A stretch of 63,646 bases of DNA, the filler included, from Octopus bimaculoides (taxonomy: Eukaryota), in NCBI RefSeq assembly GCF_001194135.2. It is 6 parts of 6 records of this genome, joined end to end, with 100 filler letters (N's around TTAATTAATTAA, not from the genome) between each part and the next. Parts side by side here need not be neighbours in the genome. Positions count along the whole stretch, not along the records: positions 21,498 to 40,101 come from NC_068984.1; 5 more parts are not named here. One strand, given 5' to 3'. Positions 21,498-35,613 of the stretch are shown here, in pieces. Numbering within the stretch: position 1 is the first letter of the stretch; the number at the start of each line of letters is the position of its first letter. A program made the position numbers and the translations under genes. The notes under the pieces were generated by a model. It was not told the DNA's origin and made no database searches. It saw nothing but the letters and a program-made list of their open reading frames with translations.

Positions 21498-22693
21498 TAT
21501 ATATATAAATATATATATATATATACTCTTTTACTTATTTCAGTCATTTGACTGCGGCCATGCTGGAGCACCACATTCAGTCGAGCAAATCGACCCCAAG
21601 ACTTATTCTTTGTAAGTCTAGTACTTATTCTACCGGTCTCTTTTTCAGTTTCCGTCTACCAAATCCACTCACATGGCTTTGGTCGGCCCGAGGCTATAGT
21701 AGAAGACACATGCCCAAGGTGCCACGCAGTGGGACTGAACCCGGAACCATGTGGTTGGTAAGCAAGCTACTTACCACACAGCCACTCCTGCGCCTATATA
21801 TAAACTATTAAGGTGGTTATTCGCAATTTACAGCTGAAAGGCATCAAGTATAGTCGTCACTAAAGTGAATGCGGGTGCTAGTCAATATCAGTATTGCTAG
21901 AAATAAGAGTCAAAACAACTCTTAACCACGTGAGAGGAGTTTTCTAACAACTGACAAGGGAAACAAACTCCCTACGGCAAGCGAGATGGAGTCATATCAT
22001 CGATCACTTCTGATTTGATTAATCTTCGTCAGTGACCCATTGCTCCGTCACCGAGGGTTAAAAACTTAATTCACTTTGTTTTATAGAGAACACCACAGGA
22101 AACATTTAAATTAATATCATTTGTTATATTAAATCTTCTCGCCATCATCCGGGATTCATCGTATTTAAGTAACGTTTACTATCCCAGTGGGGTTGCTAAA
22201 ATTGATTGGCTTTTTACGGTATTAATTTTCAGTTAACAAAAATTGCTTAAGTGGTTTTATGTATACGCATAATATATACTTTTCTACTCTAGGCACAAGG
22301 TTCGGAATTTTTGGTGAGGGGGGTGGGGGGAAGTTGATTAGATCGACTCCATTACGCAATTGGTGTCTAATTTATCGACCCCGAAAGGATGAAAAGCAAA
22401 GTTGACCTCGGCAGAATTTGAACTCAGAACGTAAAGACAGACGAAATACTGCTAAGCATTTCGCCCGGCGTGCTAACGTCTCTGTCAGCTCTCCGCCTTC
22501 ATACGCATAATATATAGACGCGGGAAGAGCAGTGTAGCTAAGGAGGTCGGTTTGCAACCATGTAGTTTCGAGTTCAGTCCCACTGCACGGCACCTTAGGC
22601 AGGTGACCGCTGCTATAGCCCCAGCCTGAGCAATGCCTTGTGAATGAATTTTTGTATACGGAAACTGTGCGGAAACCCACAAATTCTACCTAC

Positions 22694-22751
<58 letters not shown>

Positions 22752-22758
22752 GCTTGCC

Positions 22759-22808
<50 letters not shown>

Positions 22809-23077
22809 CCTATCTATCTATTTAAGCAGTGTTTGTGATTTTGTCTGCATCCCCATCGCTTGACAACCAGTAACTTAGCGGTTCAGGAAAACAAACCGAT
22901 CGAATAACTACCAGACTTTAAAAAGGATAAGTACTGGGGATCGATTTGTTCGACTAAATTCTTCAAGGTACTGCCCCAGAATGGTCGTACTTCCCGTCCA
23001 ACAAATGAAACAAGTAACTGATAAAAAATGAAGGTAAGAAAATCATGCACACATATATACCAGTGCTTACATGATAT

Positions 23078-23128
<51 letters not shown>

Positions 23129-23640
23129 CACACATACACACACACATACACACACACTCATACACAAATGCATGCATATATACACACACATACATAAATG
23201 CATACATATATGCACATACATTCATACATACATACATACATATATACACGTAACTGGTACAACATATGTTTGGAATTCCACTCTGCCATGTATCGCATTT
23301 TCAATAAATTTTAATTAATTAAAATTCTGAGGTTGTCTTCATCTGCTTTTTGACCAGCAGGAACCATTTAGAGAATTACAATCGTAATTTCTAAGTAATT
23401 TTAGAAATTATTTCCTGCCCTACAGTATCAATTATGCTAGCGCCCATTTTAGTGTAATCGATGGAAGATAGAGTAGCCACTTAGGGATGAAACTTTTTAG
23501 ATAACGATAATTAATTGATAACATTAAGGAAAGGAATAAAGAATTTGAACAACGACTACTATTGATAACAATAACCGGTTGATAATATCATCCATAACCA
23601 CAAATCATTGCTTTCTACTTTGCGTGTCTAAATATATATA

Positions 23641-24085
23641 AGCTCTGCAGTAATTTTGGGAGCTGTATTTTCGTCATCCTTTCTAACAATTGGGGTAAGA
23701 GTCCGACGGTCCCTATCTGAAAGTTTTGGCTTTCTTTCGGAGTTTTGTTTCGACGAGGAGGTTTTTCCCTCTTTTCTCAAAGGCTGTCATTACTTTCGAG
23801 ACAGTACTTCTTGATACACCAAACATTTCGGCTGTTTTCGTTACGCTAGCGCCTGCCATACGAGGATCAACAATTTGACCTTTTTGAAAGTCCGATAGAT
23901 CTGTCATTTCAATGAATTTAAATTACCTTTTTCTGATGACATCTGAAAAGAAACAGCAATTTTTAGCAAAACATATTAAGCAACACTAATAATACATAAA
24001 AAGACATAAAAAATAAACAAGGTTTTGACGGTTTTTATAGATATTTCAAAATTATGATGCTATGATACTAGTTGTTTCCATTATT
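23641..24085 (-). mobile_element. Tc1-like transposon 5' fragment
   Basis: MTDLSDFQKGQIVDPRMAGASVTKTAEMFGVSRSTVSKVMTAFEK...RRTLTPIVRK..TAPKITAEL (paired-like HTH). A TIR-like sequence runs into the gap. Confidence 0.88.
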
Positions 24086-24490
24086 NNNNNNNNNNNNNNN
24101 NNNNNNNNNNNNNNNNNNNNNNNNNNNNNNNNNNNNNNNNNNNNNNNNNNNNNNNNNNNNNNNNNNNNNNNNNNNNNNNNNNNNNNNNNNNNNNNNNNNN
24201 NNNNNNNNNNNNNNNNNNNNNNNNNNNNNNNNNNNNNNNNNNNNNNNNNNNNNNNNNNNNNNNNNNNNNNNNNNNNNNNNNNNNNNNNNNNNNNNNNNNN
24301 NNNNNNNNNNNNNNNNNNNNNNNNNNNNNNNNNNNNNNNNNNNNNNNNNNNNNNNNNNNNNNNNNNNNNNNNNNNNNNNNNNNNNNNNNNNNNNNNNNNN
24401 NNNNNNNNNNNNNNNNNNNNNNNNNNNNNNNNNNNNNNNNNNTATATATATATGCATAGGGGTGTTGGGAAATAAATATACAAAATATGC

Positions 24491-24556
<66 letters not shown>

Positions 24557-24716
24557 GTCTATCTCTATTTATATATATATTCACACATAGATATTGATAC
24601 CTACCCTCACTCGTGTATGGTTAGCTTGGCTAATAGATAAAACATAGCGTCGTACTACACATTGTACACACTATATACATCCCACAAATGCATTTGTAAT
24701 ATCTTTCTGCAATATC

Positions 24717-24761
<45 letters not shown>

Positions 24762-24784
24762 CGACAGGCACGTACATGTACTCA

Positions 24785-24830
<46 letters not shown>

Positions 24831-24840
24831 NNNNNNNNNN

Positions 24841-24887
<47 letters not shown>

Positions 24888-25169
24888 CACGGACTGCAAT
24901 GCTTGTTGCAACAATAATACACACAGGCACACTCACGGATGTTCTTCACTACAACGTTAATATAAGCATACAAATATATGATACACACCGACACACATAC
25001 ACACACTGCATGGCGTACCTCATTACAACATTAATACACAGACACACGTACACATATGGTTTACACATACACACGCACATACAGAATGATACCATCCTGC
25101 TATAACATTAACACACCCACCCACATTACTGTACATTAACACCATCAGCAATCAGTGCATATATCGATT

Positions 25170-26290
25170 TGCACAGGTGACCTACTTTACTTCAATTTCC
25201 GCTCAAACAACACACTGTCCCTTTTACTTCATGTGTCTACTTAAATTGTCTCTCAAAAAACATAGTGTTTTTATTTTATATATAAAATGAGTCTGCCTAA
25301 GTTGTCTCTTAATCTGTACAATGACCCTTTTACATCATATCTAACTAAAATATCGCTCAAACAACATACTATCTTTTCTACCTTTAAACTGTTTACTTAA
25401 CTTATCTCTTAAATAGCTCGGCTGTCTTTTTTTAATCTCAACTGTCTACTTTGCTTCTGATATAATAAAGTGTCCCTTTTGCTTCAAACATCTACTTAAG
25501 CTGTCCTCAAAGTCTCCTTTTTTCCGCAAATATCTACCCTGTTTTTTACAGACAACTTATGTTTTAAACGACATGGTGTCCCTACTCAGTTTATGTTTCT
25601 TCCTAACTTGTTTCACAAACAAAGCAATGTTTCTTTTACTTTATCTACCTTGCCTCTCAAACAGCAGTGACGTTTTTGCCTCCTTAATTGTATACGTAAA
25701 TGATCTCAAAAGCAGCAAAGCGTCTCTGTTTCCACAACTGTCTACTTGAATTATCTCGAAAACAGCAGCGTCCTTTTTACCTCCGTTTCACACTGTTTCA
25801 CACTGTTTCACACTGTTTCACACTGCTAATACATAAAATTGGTACGAAAAGCACAAAACTGAAATAGGCACACGCGTGGTTATGGGGCAAGAAGCTTGCT
25901 TCCCAACGACATGGTTCCGTGTTCAGGCGTTGCACCTTCAGGAAGCTTTTTAAAACTTGTTTCTGTCGTTTTGACTGCAGCCATGCTGGGGCATCGCCTT
26001 GAACTGTTTGCCTGAATTATTTCTCAAGCAACAGTATCTCTTTTGTCTCGACTGTCGATTTGAATTGTTTGAAAAAAGAAAAAAAAAAGTACAATTTCCA
26101 TTTTGTCCAAATGTCTACCTAAATCGCCTTTCAGGCAAAACAATATCTCAACTGTCTGCTTAAACTGTCTCATAAAAAATAGTCTCCTTTCCTCAACTGT
26201 CTTTGAAGCTGTACAGTATTTCTTTTTCTGTTATATACGTAAATTAGCTCTCCCTCAAACAACATGGTGTATTTTTCAACACCGACTGCC
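25170..26290. repeat. Degenerate minisatellite (about 45-50 bp unit) with an embedded (GTTTCACACT)4 and a SINE fragment
   Basis: Recurrent TGTCTACTTAAATTGTCTCTCAAACAACA.TGTC motif; unit length estimated by eye. Confidence 0.55.
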
Positions 26291-26689
26291 TTCGAGCAAT
26301 TCTCCTTTTCTTTTCGAGCCTTCGGACTCATAAAGTCGGTTACCCAGTCTTCATGATATATACAAGTGATCTATATCATGACATTACCTTGAACGGGACG
26401 CCTGTCCGTTGCAACGTTCGAGGCCAGCAATTTTGAAGGGATGGAACAAATCTAATACAACGACTTTTATCGATTATAGATGAATGAAAGCCAAAGTTGA
26501 CCTTGGCGGATGTGTAGATGTGTGAAGATATGGAATTACAAATGCAAGTGTTAATTTCGCTTCTGTTCTATGCAATCTCACCTGCAACGGTCTACAAACA
26601 ACAATAACATTTACAACAACAACAACAACAACAACAATGTCATCATCAACAACGCAAGTACTCTCGAGTGACATGCTACCGATGGTGGT

Positions 26690-27260
26690 GTAGGTGGAGC
26701 TATTGGTGATATTGCTGGTGTTAATGGTGATGATTGTGCTGGTGATTTGGTTGGTGGTGTCGGCGACGTTGGTTGTGTTGATGGCGTTGTTGCCTGTGTT
26801 GTTGGTGATGGTTTCAGAAGCGGTGAAGATGGTGATGGTAGTGTGGGTAAGAGTGTTGATGGTGGTGGTGGTTGTGGTGGTGGTGGTTGTGGTGGTGGTG
26901 GTTGTGGTGGTGTTAATAATCGTATCGGCGTTATTGGTGTTTATTATAATGATGTTGTGGTTGCTTACGTTGTTCTAGTGATGTTACATAGAGGCGACGT
27001 TGGTGGTTACTGATGGTATTAGTGTTGTTGTTGTCGTCATTGGTGGGACTGATTTCTGTTGTGTTGTGACGATGGTGTTGATGATAATGGCGGCCATAAG
27101 GTGTTGATGTTAATTATGTTGCTTGTATGAAAGGTGTTGCTGACGGTTTAAATCTGATGGCGGTTGTGTGAAAGGTAGAAGGAAGGTGAGTGATAAATGT
27201 GGTCGTAGTGGTGGCGGCGGTGGTGTTGGTGGCGACACAATTGTTGGTGTGAAGTTGTAT
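26690..27260. repeat. GGT/GTT low-complexity tract
   Basis: Degenerate trinucleotide repeat. Confidence 0.8.
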
Positions 27261-28319
27261 ATAAATCAAATTAATATTATACTAATCAGGAAGCTAGAGT
27301 GATTGAAATGATTGACTTTGCGTTGGCGGATGTGACTGACTGGTCACATTAAGCCATTATAATTTGTCCTGTTAGTGTCTTCGATCTGTCACCTTTCTGA
27401 TAAAATAATAATAGCAACAACAACGACGACGACGACGACGATGACGATAACGATGACAGCAACAACAAAAGCTGTTAATCTTCTCCGTTCTGTATTTGGT
27501 GATGTTTTCGTGGTAGTCAGAGAAACTTTAGCTGCAGCGTGGTTAGTTTTTGTTTCAAGAACTGCAACAACGCACTGAGTCTCAGAAGAGACGTCGGCGA
27601 AACATTGGCCTTTTTTTTTTATCCTTTCCACTCTTTCGTTTTCTCTTTCTCCCATTTCTCCGAATCGAATACCATTATTTTCTCAAAAAGAATTATCATT
27701 TTTTTCTTTAAAAACCAAAAAAAAAAAGAATTTTCATTTGCTAACAAATGATTTCCCCGGGCAGAGAAGTCGCACAAAAGAGACAACCTTGCCAACATGT
27801 AGCGTTTCAGCTTTTCTATACGATCGTCAACAAAATTCAATGAAACAAACTCCCATTCGAACTAAGAAGCGATGTTTGTTTTTGGAAACTTACTGATCTG
27901 ACATCCAGCTTTCCCCCCGGATACAACAACTGTAGCAACAACAATAGTTTCTAATTTAGGCACAAGGCCAGCTATCACGAGAGGAGTGAATGAGTCGATG
28001 TCCTCTACCCCAGGACTTAGCTGCTACCATATTTTATCAATCTCGAAATGAAGACAGGCAAAGTTATCGTCGGTGGAATTTGAACTTAGAAATTAAATAA
28101 CCGGATCAAATACCTGTCGCAGGGCATTTGGTTCGATGCTCTAACGATTCTGCCTATCCATGGCCAGCGTCACAACAATAACAATGGCAATAACCTAGAA
28201 GAACATAAAATCTGAAGAAAATTCTGACAACAATAATAATAATGACGATGGACTCTCTCGTCGAAGATGACGTATGGGTGTTCAGCTTTTACCGAACGAC
28301 CTGTACAAATCACTTGTTT

Positions 28320-28533
28320 ATAGTGATCAAATGTATGTTCCATACATTAGCTCACTCTCTGCATCAATTCGACGTTGTCTGATCCGGTGCACAGTGTACC
28401 ACGCGTGACGAGTCGAACTGATCGCAGAGCAACGTGAAATGAAGTGTTTTGTTCAAGAGCACAACGCAGAACCCGGTCTAGGAATTGAAACCACGAACTC
28501 CCGATCGTGAAGGCAACACCCTAACCACTAGGC
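28320..28533 (-). mobile_element. CORE-like tRNA-SINE
   Basis: Minus strand GCCTAGTGGTTAGGGTGTTG...TCTTGAACAAAACACTTCATTTCACGTTGCTC. Homologues at 44062-44300(+), 54830-55040(-) and 660-790(+). Confidence 0.7.
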
Positions 28534-28571
28534 AATAATAATATTAAAATAAAAGTAATAATAATAATAAT

Positions 28572-29105
28572 GGTGACTGACGATGTGTTCATCTCTGAGT
28601 ACCTTGGTGGCTTCCAATATGTGAATCTCTGATCATAAGCAGAAGTAGTGGGGGTGCCTGGTATAAAAAGTGGGCTACAGCAAATTTCCTGCTCAATACC
28701 ACAGATTTACTTGTCAGGTGTTTGACCTTAACCAGTTGTGCATGTCCCTTAATGGCTGACGATATGTGCATCTCGGTTCACGAACAGAAGCAGTGAGGGA
28801 ACTCTTTGGGGTTTGAATAATTCACCTCTGGAAACATGGGTGTTTCGTTCTTCATCCTTAAACAACTCTCATTCAGAGACTTTTGGGGCCGGATGGGCTA
28901 CTGCATCTTGAAGAAAATTTTAACTGGGCTCTACCTGCAAGGTCATGCGCTGTTTATCTTGCTATGAGATCACCATGTCGTGCACTTATGGTTGTGATGC
29001 ATATGCCTGGTGTACCCTTATGAGACGGGTAGTCATGATGGGTATACTGGGCTTCGTATATTTTAGCCTAGTGTCACTTTGACGGCATGCGCTGCTTTCT
29101 CACTC
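28572..29105 (+). mobile_element. Non-coding retroposon-like element bounded by (AAT)n and (AAC)n
   Basis: No ORF; internal duplication of ATGTG.ATCTC..TCA..A.CAGAAG.AGTG; flanked by microsatellites like the adjacent Dong copies. Family assignment is inference. Confidence 0.5.
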
Positions 29106-29130
29106 AACAACAGCAACAACAACAACAACA

Positions 29131-29416
29131 ATCGCTAAGATGTGGCAGCTAAGAGAGTCATGCATAAAGGTTGTCCTTATTGTCATCAGAGCATTGGGTT
29201 CAATACCACCCAACCTGAAAAAACATCTAGGAACTTTAGAAATACCCTACAATCTAGGTGTATTGCAAGAATCGGCTTTACTTGGAACTGAACGCATATT
29301 ACGTAAAGTACTGTCTATCTGAGGTCCTTGTGACTTGACAGACAGTACCAAAGCCCGGTAGATACAATATCTTCAATCAACAACATCACGATATTAGCTA
29401 CTGTGCTACGCTTTAA

Positions 29417-29417
<1 letters not shown>
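29131..29417 (+). mobile_element. R4/Dong 3' fragment A
   Basis: IAKMWQL...IKVVLIVIRALGSIPPNLKKHLGTLEIPYNLGVLQESALLGTERILRKVLSI*, then 3' UTR and (TAA)n. Confidence 0.9.
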
Positions 29418-29492
<75 letters not shown>

Positions 29493-29502
29493 TAGTAATA
29501 AT

Positions 29503-30515
29503 GTCGTGAATATATTCACAGACACGACAGAACTGGGACCTATATACACTGTAAGCTATGCCAACACTATGGAATAACAACAGAAAAAAGATGGTATAAA
29601 CACACGCCAGAAAAGGTCACAGAAAACGAGAAAGCAACCATACTCTGGGATATGCCAATACACACAGATAGAGAAATTAAAGCAAATAGACCAGATATAG
29701 TTGTCAAAGATCATGAAGAAAAAAAATGCTTTCTAATTGATGTATCAATACCAGCAGATGACAACGTCTCTCTAAAATAAATGGAAAAACTTTCAAAATA
29801 CAAAGACCTGGAAATAGAGGTAACTCGAATGTGGAATCTAAAAACAGAAACAATTCCTATCATAGTATAATAAAAAAATATTCAGACAAATACATAACAA
29901 AAACACCAGNNNNNNNNNNNNNNNNNNNNNNNNNNNNNNNNNNNNNNNNNNNNNNNNNNNNNNNNNNNNNNNNNNNNNNNNNNNNNNNNNNNNNNNNNNN
30001 NNNNNNNNNNNNNNNNNNNNNNNNNNNNNNNNNNNNNNNNNNNNNNNNNNNNNNNNNNNNNNNNNNNNNNNNNNNNNNNNNNNNNNNNNNNNNNNNNNNN
30101 NNNNNNNNNNNNNNNNNNNNNNNNNNNNNNNNNNNNNNNNNNNNNNNNNNNNNNNNNNNNNNNNNNNNNNNNNNNNNNNNNNNNNNNNNNNNNNNNNNNN
30201 NNNNNNNNNNNNNNNNNNNNNNNNNNNNNNNNNNNNNNNNNNNNNNNNNNNNNNNNNNNNNNNNNNNNNNNNNGCTCATGGGAACTGCCCATATCCTACG
30301 TAAAATACTGTCTATGTGATCTCAAATTTTAAAGCAAACACATAATTTTCTTATGGTTTCTTAAACATTCACTTGAACAAAACTGTACAAATCCAAATAT
30401 ATGGTACCCTAGGCATAACACCTACATGAACTTCTAACTTGTTGTCTCTTGAGGTCTCTGGGTGAGACTTGGATCCAACTTGTACAAATGCAAAACAAAA
30501 GTCAAACATAAAAAA
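29503..30515 (+). mobile_element. R4/Dong 3' fragment B (different subfamily, gapped)
   Basis: REYIHRHD...WYKHTPEKV...ILWDMPIHTDREIKANRPDIVVKD...CFLIDVSIP...EKLSKYKDL (restriction-like endonuclease) and LMGTAHILRKILSM*, then (AAT)n. Confidence 0.92.
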
Positions 30516-30533
30516 ATAATGATAGTAATAATA

Positions 30534-30567
<34 letters not shown>

Positions 30568-31020
30568 ATCTAATGTGACTCCCTAATCGAAGCTCGGAGA
30601 CCAGATATTGTTGTGGTAGATAAAGAAAAAAAAGGAAACCAAAAGATGCACGCATAAGTGTCAAAGAACTAGAAAAGATGGAAAAGAACAGACAATTAAA
30701 AGACGAAATTGCAAGAATGTGGACTGTCATTCCAGTGGTTGTGGGGGCACTCGGAGCACTAACAACCAAGTTCGAGAAGTATGTCAAAGAAATCGGAATT
30801 GACATGAGAACAGAACAAGCTCCCAAAACTGTTCTGCTGGGGACAGCTAAGATTTTGAGATTGGTACTTAGATGTTGAATGTCTCCCACGATAATTAACA
30901 ATCAAGTATCAAAGCTTATAATGTGCAGAAAGAGACCTTGTGAGACCTCTGACAGCAAGTTGCTGTCTGCTCTCACAAAATCTACCAGAACAAACAAGAC
31001 CGAACGTTCCGAGGAATAAA
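30568..31020 (+). mobile_element. R4/Dong 3' fragment C (third subfamily)
   Basis: IEARRPDIVVVDKEK...VIPVVVGALGALTTKFEKYVKEIGI...VLLGTAKILRLVLRC*, then a CAG/CAA/A-rich tail. Confidence 0.9.
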
Positions 31021-31060
31021 ACAGCAGCAACAACAAAAGCAAAAAAAAAAAAAAAGCAAC

Positions 31061-32256
31061 AAGTAACCTTGTGACTACCATCAACATATGGACTTTAGGT
31101 GTAGTCCGCTATAGTGCACCCGTCTAACCAACTCGATCGCACTACACGAAAAACAATGACCCTAAGGCAAATACATGTACACAGGCTCTACATGAAGAGA
31201 GGTAAAGGTGGACGTGGGTTGATTAGCGTACGGGAGTGCATCAACAGTGAAAGAAGAAACATGGCAGAATATTTGGTAAACAGCGAACAAGACCTGCTAC
31301 AGTATGCTGCTAATGCAGAAGGATTTAACAAAAATGGTCTTGAGAATGCTCATGAATTCCGATCAAGAACAGCCAACGAGAGAGAAGAAACCCTACTCCG
31401 TATGGAATTACATGGTCAGTTCCACCGTGAAACCAACAAACTAAAAGACCAGGAAGCATCATGGAGGTGACTCAACAAGGGTGATCTAAAAAGGAATACT
31501 GAAAGCCTGATCATCGCTGCTCAGGACCAGGCATTGAATACCAACTCAGTAAAAAAGAATATATACCACACAAATGCAACGGACCTCTGCAGAATGTGCG
31601 GGAAGAGGGTTGAAAGCGTGACTCACATTGTTAGTGCTTGTGAAAGTTTTGCACAGAAGGAGTATAAGCGCAGACACGACACGGTAGCCCAAAACCTCCA
31701 CTGGCTACTATGTCGTAAGTATGGATATAAGGTAACGGGTGCTTGGTACCAACATACACCGGAAAAGTTAATGGACGAAAAGGGAAAGGCAAAAATCCTC
31801 TGAGACTTTGACTTCCAGACAAAGTGTTAGAGCACACCGAAGGCCAGATATAGTAACCTTTAGGAGGGATAAACAAGTGTGCTTAATAATTGACGTGGTA
31901 GTGCAAGGAGATCAACATATCATGAAAGAAAGAGAAAAAGATTGATAAATATAGAGACCTGAGAATTGACATCACTAAGATGTAGCAGCTACGAAAGTTA
32001 AACATAAAGGTTGTCCCTATTGTCACTGGAGCATTGGTTTCAATACTACCCAATCTGAAAAAAAAACATCTGAAAACCTTAGAGATACCCTCCAATCTAG
32101 ATGTATTGCAAAAGTCGACATTACTTGGAACTGCATGCATATTGCGTAAAGTAATGTCTGTCTGAGATCCTTGTTGTGACTTGACAAACAGAACAAACCC
32201 CCGGTAGACAATATCTTCAATCAACAACCTCACAATATTGTATACCGTGCGACATC

Positions 32257-32258
<2 letters not shown>
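31061..32258 (+). mobile_element. R4/Dong 5'-truncated copy D (end of RT, CCHC knuckle and RLE endonuclease)
   Basis: RLYMKRGKGGRGL, LHGQF, AAQDQAL.T, CRMCGKRVESVTHIVSAC (CX2CX8HX4C), YKRRHD, RRPDIV, LLGTACILRKVMSV*. 3' UTR homologous to copy A; ends in (TAA)n. Contains stops and frameshifts. Confidence 0.95.
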
Positions 32259-32321
<63 letters not shown>

Positions 32322-32436
32322 CAACAGCAACAGCAACATCGAAAAATACCTTAGGAATGAGAACCCAGGTTCGAAATTTCCCCAAGAACGTTGTGTTAAC
32401 AACAAAGAAGTTGAGGACAAATATCCGTCAAACGTA

Positions 32437-32479
<43 letters not shown>

Positions 32480-33960
32480 CGTACATACATACACTTCAGT
32501 TTTTCTTGAATTTTTTTTTCTTCTCTCCCATCTGCCTTTTATCTTCATTTACCTGTCATCTTTCTTTCTTCTTCCTTTTTCTTTTCATTCATTCTTTCAT
32601 TAGGTATTAAGTTTATTTATTAATTTGGGACCCATTCCTTCAATCCAACATTCTCTCATTCTCTTAAATTTTCACTCTAACATTCCTTCAACCAGTTTAC
32701 ATTGTCTCCTTTTCATCTTCCATTTGTTCACCTTTCATTCTCTCTGTCTATTACACCTTTAATTCACCTTCCATTCTTTCGTTCTTCTCATTCTTTTACA
32801 CTCTTAACTCTTCATCCATGTTTTCATCCTCTCGTTCTTGTGTACTTTCATTCCCACATTCATTCATAGATATTTTATTCTCTTATTCTTTCATACGGAC
32901 ATTCCTTCATCTATTTTCTATTTCTCCTTTTTATATCTCCATTCCTTCATTCTTCCAGTCATTTCATTCTCTCAGTCTTTTTAAATCTTCGTTCAATCAT
33001 TCCTTCAGCAATTTTTTATTCTTTCAGTCTTATAAACTTTCATTCCCTCATTCAGTTATCCAGTCTTTCATTCTATCCTTTCTTTTATACTCTGGTTCCA
33101 TCATTTCCTCATCCATTTTTTCATTTTTCGTTCTTTTGTAATTTCATTCTGTCCTTCCTTCATCCATTTTCCCTTTCTTCCGTTCTTTTGTACTTTCGTT
33201 CTACCATTCCATCATTCCATAATTCCATCATCCAACTTTCATTCTTTCCTTCTATCTTACCATTATTCTATCTTCCATTCTTTCGCTCTCTCATTCCTTC
33301 ACCCCCCCCCATTTCTTCCTTCATATTTTCATATCTCGTTCATCTATACTTTCATTCCCTCACTCCTTCATCCATTTTTATTTTCTCAATCCTTTTTTAA
33401 GCCATTCTTATTCTCTCGACTTTTTTCATTTTTCATTCTTTTATGTTGTCATTTCGTTATTGCTTCATCCCGTTTTCATTCTCTTATTCTTTTACACCAT
33501 CATTCCTCCATCCATTCTCATTCTCTCATTTTCATGTTTTTATACCTTCATTTCTTCTTCCATTCTTATTCTCTCATTCCTTTAAAATTGATTCCGTCAT
33601 TCTCTCATTCACTTTTCATTCTCACCTATTACACCTTCATTCCACCTTCAATTTTTTTTCTACCCTTATTTCTTCATCCATATTTTCACTCTCTCTTTCT
33701 CGCATACTTTTATTCCCCCATTCCTTCACCCACCCTTCACTCACTCTTCAATTCTCACGTTCTTTCACACCTTTGATTCCGTCATACCTCCATCTGTCAT
33801 TCATTCACTCCTATCATACCTTCCATTCTTTCGTTCTCTCATTCTTCTACACCCATATTTCTTTATCCATTCCTTCATCCAATGTTTCATTCTCTCATTC
33901 ATTTATATCTTCATTCATTCTTTCATTCATTTATTTTGTACTTTCCTTCTACGTCTTGTA
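32480..33960. repeat. About 1.5 kb pyrimidine-rich (TTCA/TTCT) cryptic repeat
   Basis: Very few G on the + strand; recurring blocks such as CTATTACACCTT and CCTTCCATTCTTTCGTTCT. Confidence 0.75.
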
Positions 33961-34339
33961 TTCTTTCATTGATTTATTGAAACTAAAACAATAAAACAAA
34001 ACAAAAAAAAATATAAGTCGTTTTTTTTTCTTCGTCTTTCCTACATTACGTTGTCATAGTTATAGTAATCGTCGCTCCTGTAACCATTATTGCGATTCTT
34101 GTACTTGCTATTGCCTTTGTTGTTGTTATTGTCATCACTGTGCTTGTCATTTTTGTTGTTGCTACTGAAGTTGTTGTTGTTGTTGTCATTATTGTTCTTG
34201 ATGTGGTTGTTGTTGTTTTTGTTGCAAAATGTATAAAGAAACTGGGTATAATGAAAACGAGGCTGTGACCTGCATTACTCTGTTATTTCCGCAGTGAAGT
34301 TGTTCTATGTGAAGAAAAACTTTTAACCAGCACCTGTAA

Positions 34340-34564
34340 CAGTCGTGATAGCTAGCTGCTACTATTGGTATATATGTGTACGTATATGTGGCTATGTGCG
34401 CTTGTGTATGTGTGTATGTGTGTATGTGTGTATACGTATATGTGTTCTTATGTGCTTGCATGGGTGGATGAGCTTGTATGATTGTGTATGTCTGCGCATG
34501 TACGTCTCTGCTTCCTTTCAAGTGAGGGTATATATATATATATATATCGTTTTCCGTGAGTGTG

Positions 34565-34613
<49 letters not shown>

Positions 34614-34704
34614 ATGGGTATATGTTTGTTTATATGTTGCATGGATGGAAGTGTGTTTGTGTATGTTTGTGCATTTGTGTTTGTGTTTGCTAGTTGGGGT
34701 ATAA

Positions 34705-34736
<32 letters not shown>

Positions 34737-34767
34737 ACACACACACATATGTATATATGTATGTATG

Positions 34768-34798
<31 letters not shown>

Positions 34799-35558
34799 AT
34801 CGGTTCGTGTATGTGTGCTGTGTGTGTGCGTGTATGTATGGGTATATGTGTGTGTGTATGTATGGGTATATGTGCGCGTATGAATGGGTATCTGTGCGTG
34901 TATACATGGGTATATATGTGTATATGGAAGTATGTATAGGTATATATGTATGTATGTATGTATGGATGGAAGTATGTTCAAGTGCTGGGTGTATTTGTTT
35001 GTGCGGGCGAAAACATCTTTGGGTATATGTGTGTGTAAGCGGGTATATATGTGTGTATGCTGGTATATGCGTGTATGCGGGTATATATATGTAGGTATGT
35101 ATGTGTGTATGCAGGTATATATTTGTTTACGCGGGTATATGTGCGTATGCGGGTATATGTGTGTAAGCGGGTATATGCGTGTATGCAATATATGCGTGCA
35201 TATGTGGGTAAATGATTGTGTATGCGAGTATATAGGTGTGTACGCAGGTATATATGTGCATATGCGGGTATCTGTGTATGTGGGTATATATGTGTGTATG
35301 CAAGCATATATATGTGTATACGGGTATACGTCTACGTAATGCGGGAATATGTGTGTGCGTATATGAGAGTATATGCGCATGTATGTGTATGCATAATAGA
35401 TCATATGTGTGTGAGTGCCTAGGTATGTGTGTATATGTATGTCATCAAATGCGGATTCTGAAAGTATGTATGCGTGGATATCAGTATGTATGTGCGCAAA
35501 TTTGATGCATGAGAGTATGCGTGTATATGAGTGTGTGTGCGTGTGAGCGTGTGTGCGC

Positions 35559-35613
<55 letters not shown>

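Noticed and set aside
26474-26975. Thr/Asn-rich mucin-like open frame on the minus strand
   Set aside because: Degenerate ACC/AAC microsatellite with no start, signal peptide or convincing splice sites.
34448-35608. 386-aa His/Thr/Tyr-rich ORF and similar ORFs
   Set aside because: Translation of dinucleotide repeats, which lack stops by composition; no splice or codon evidence.
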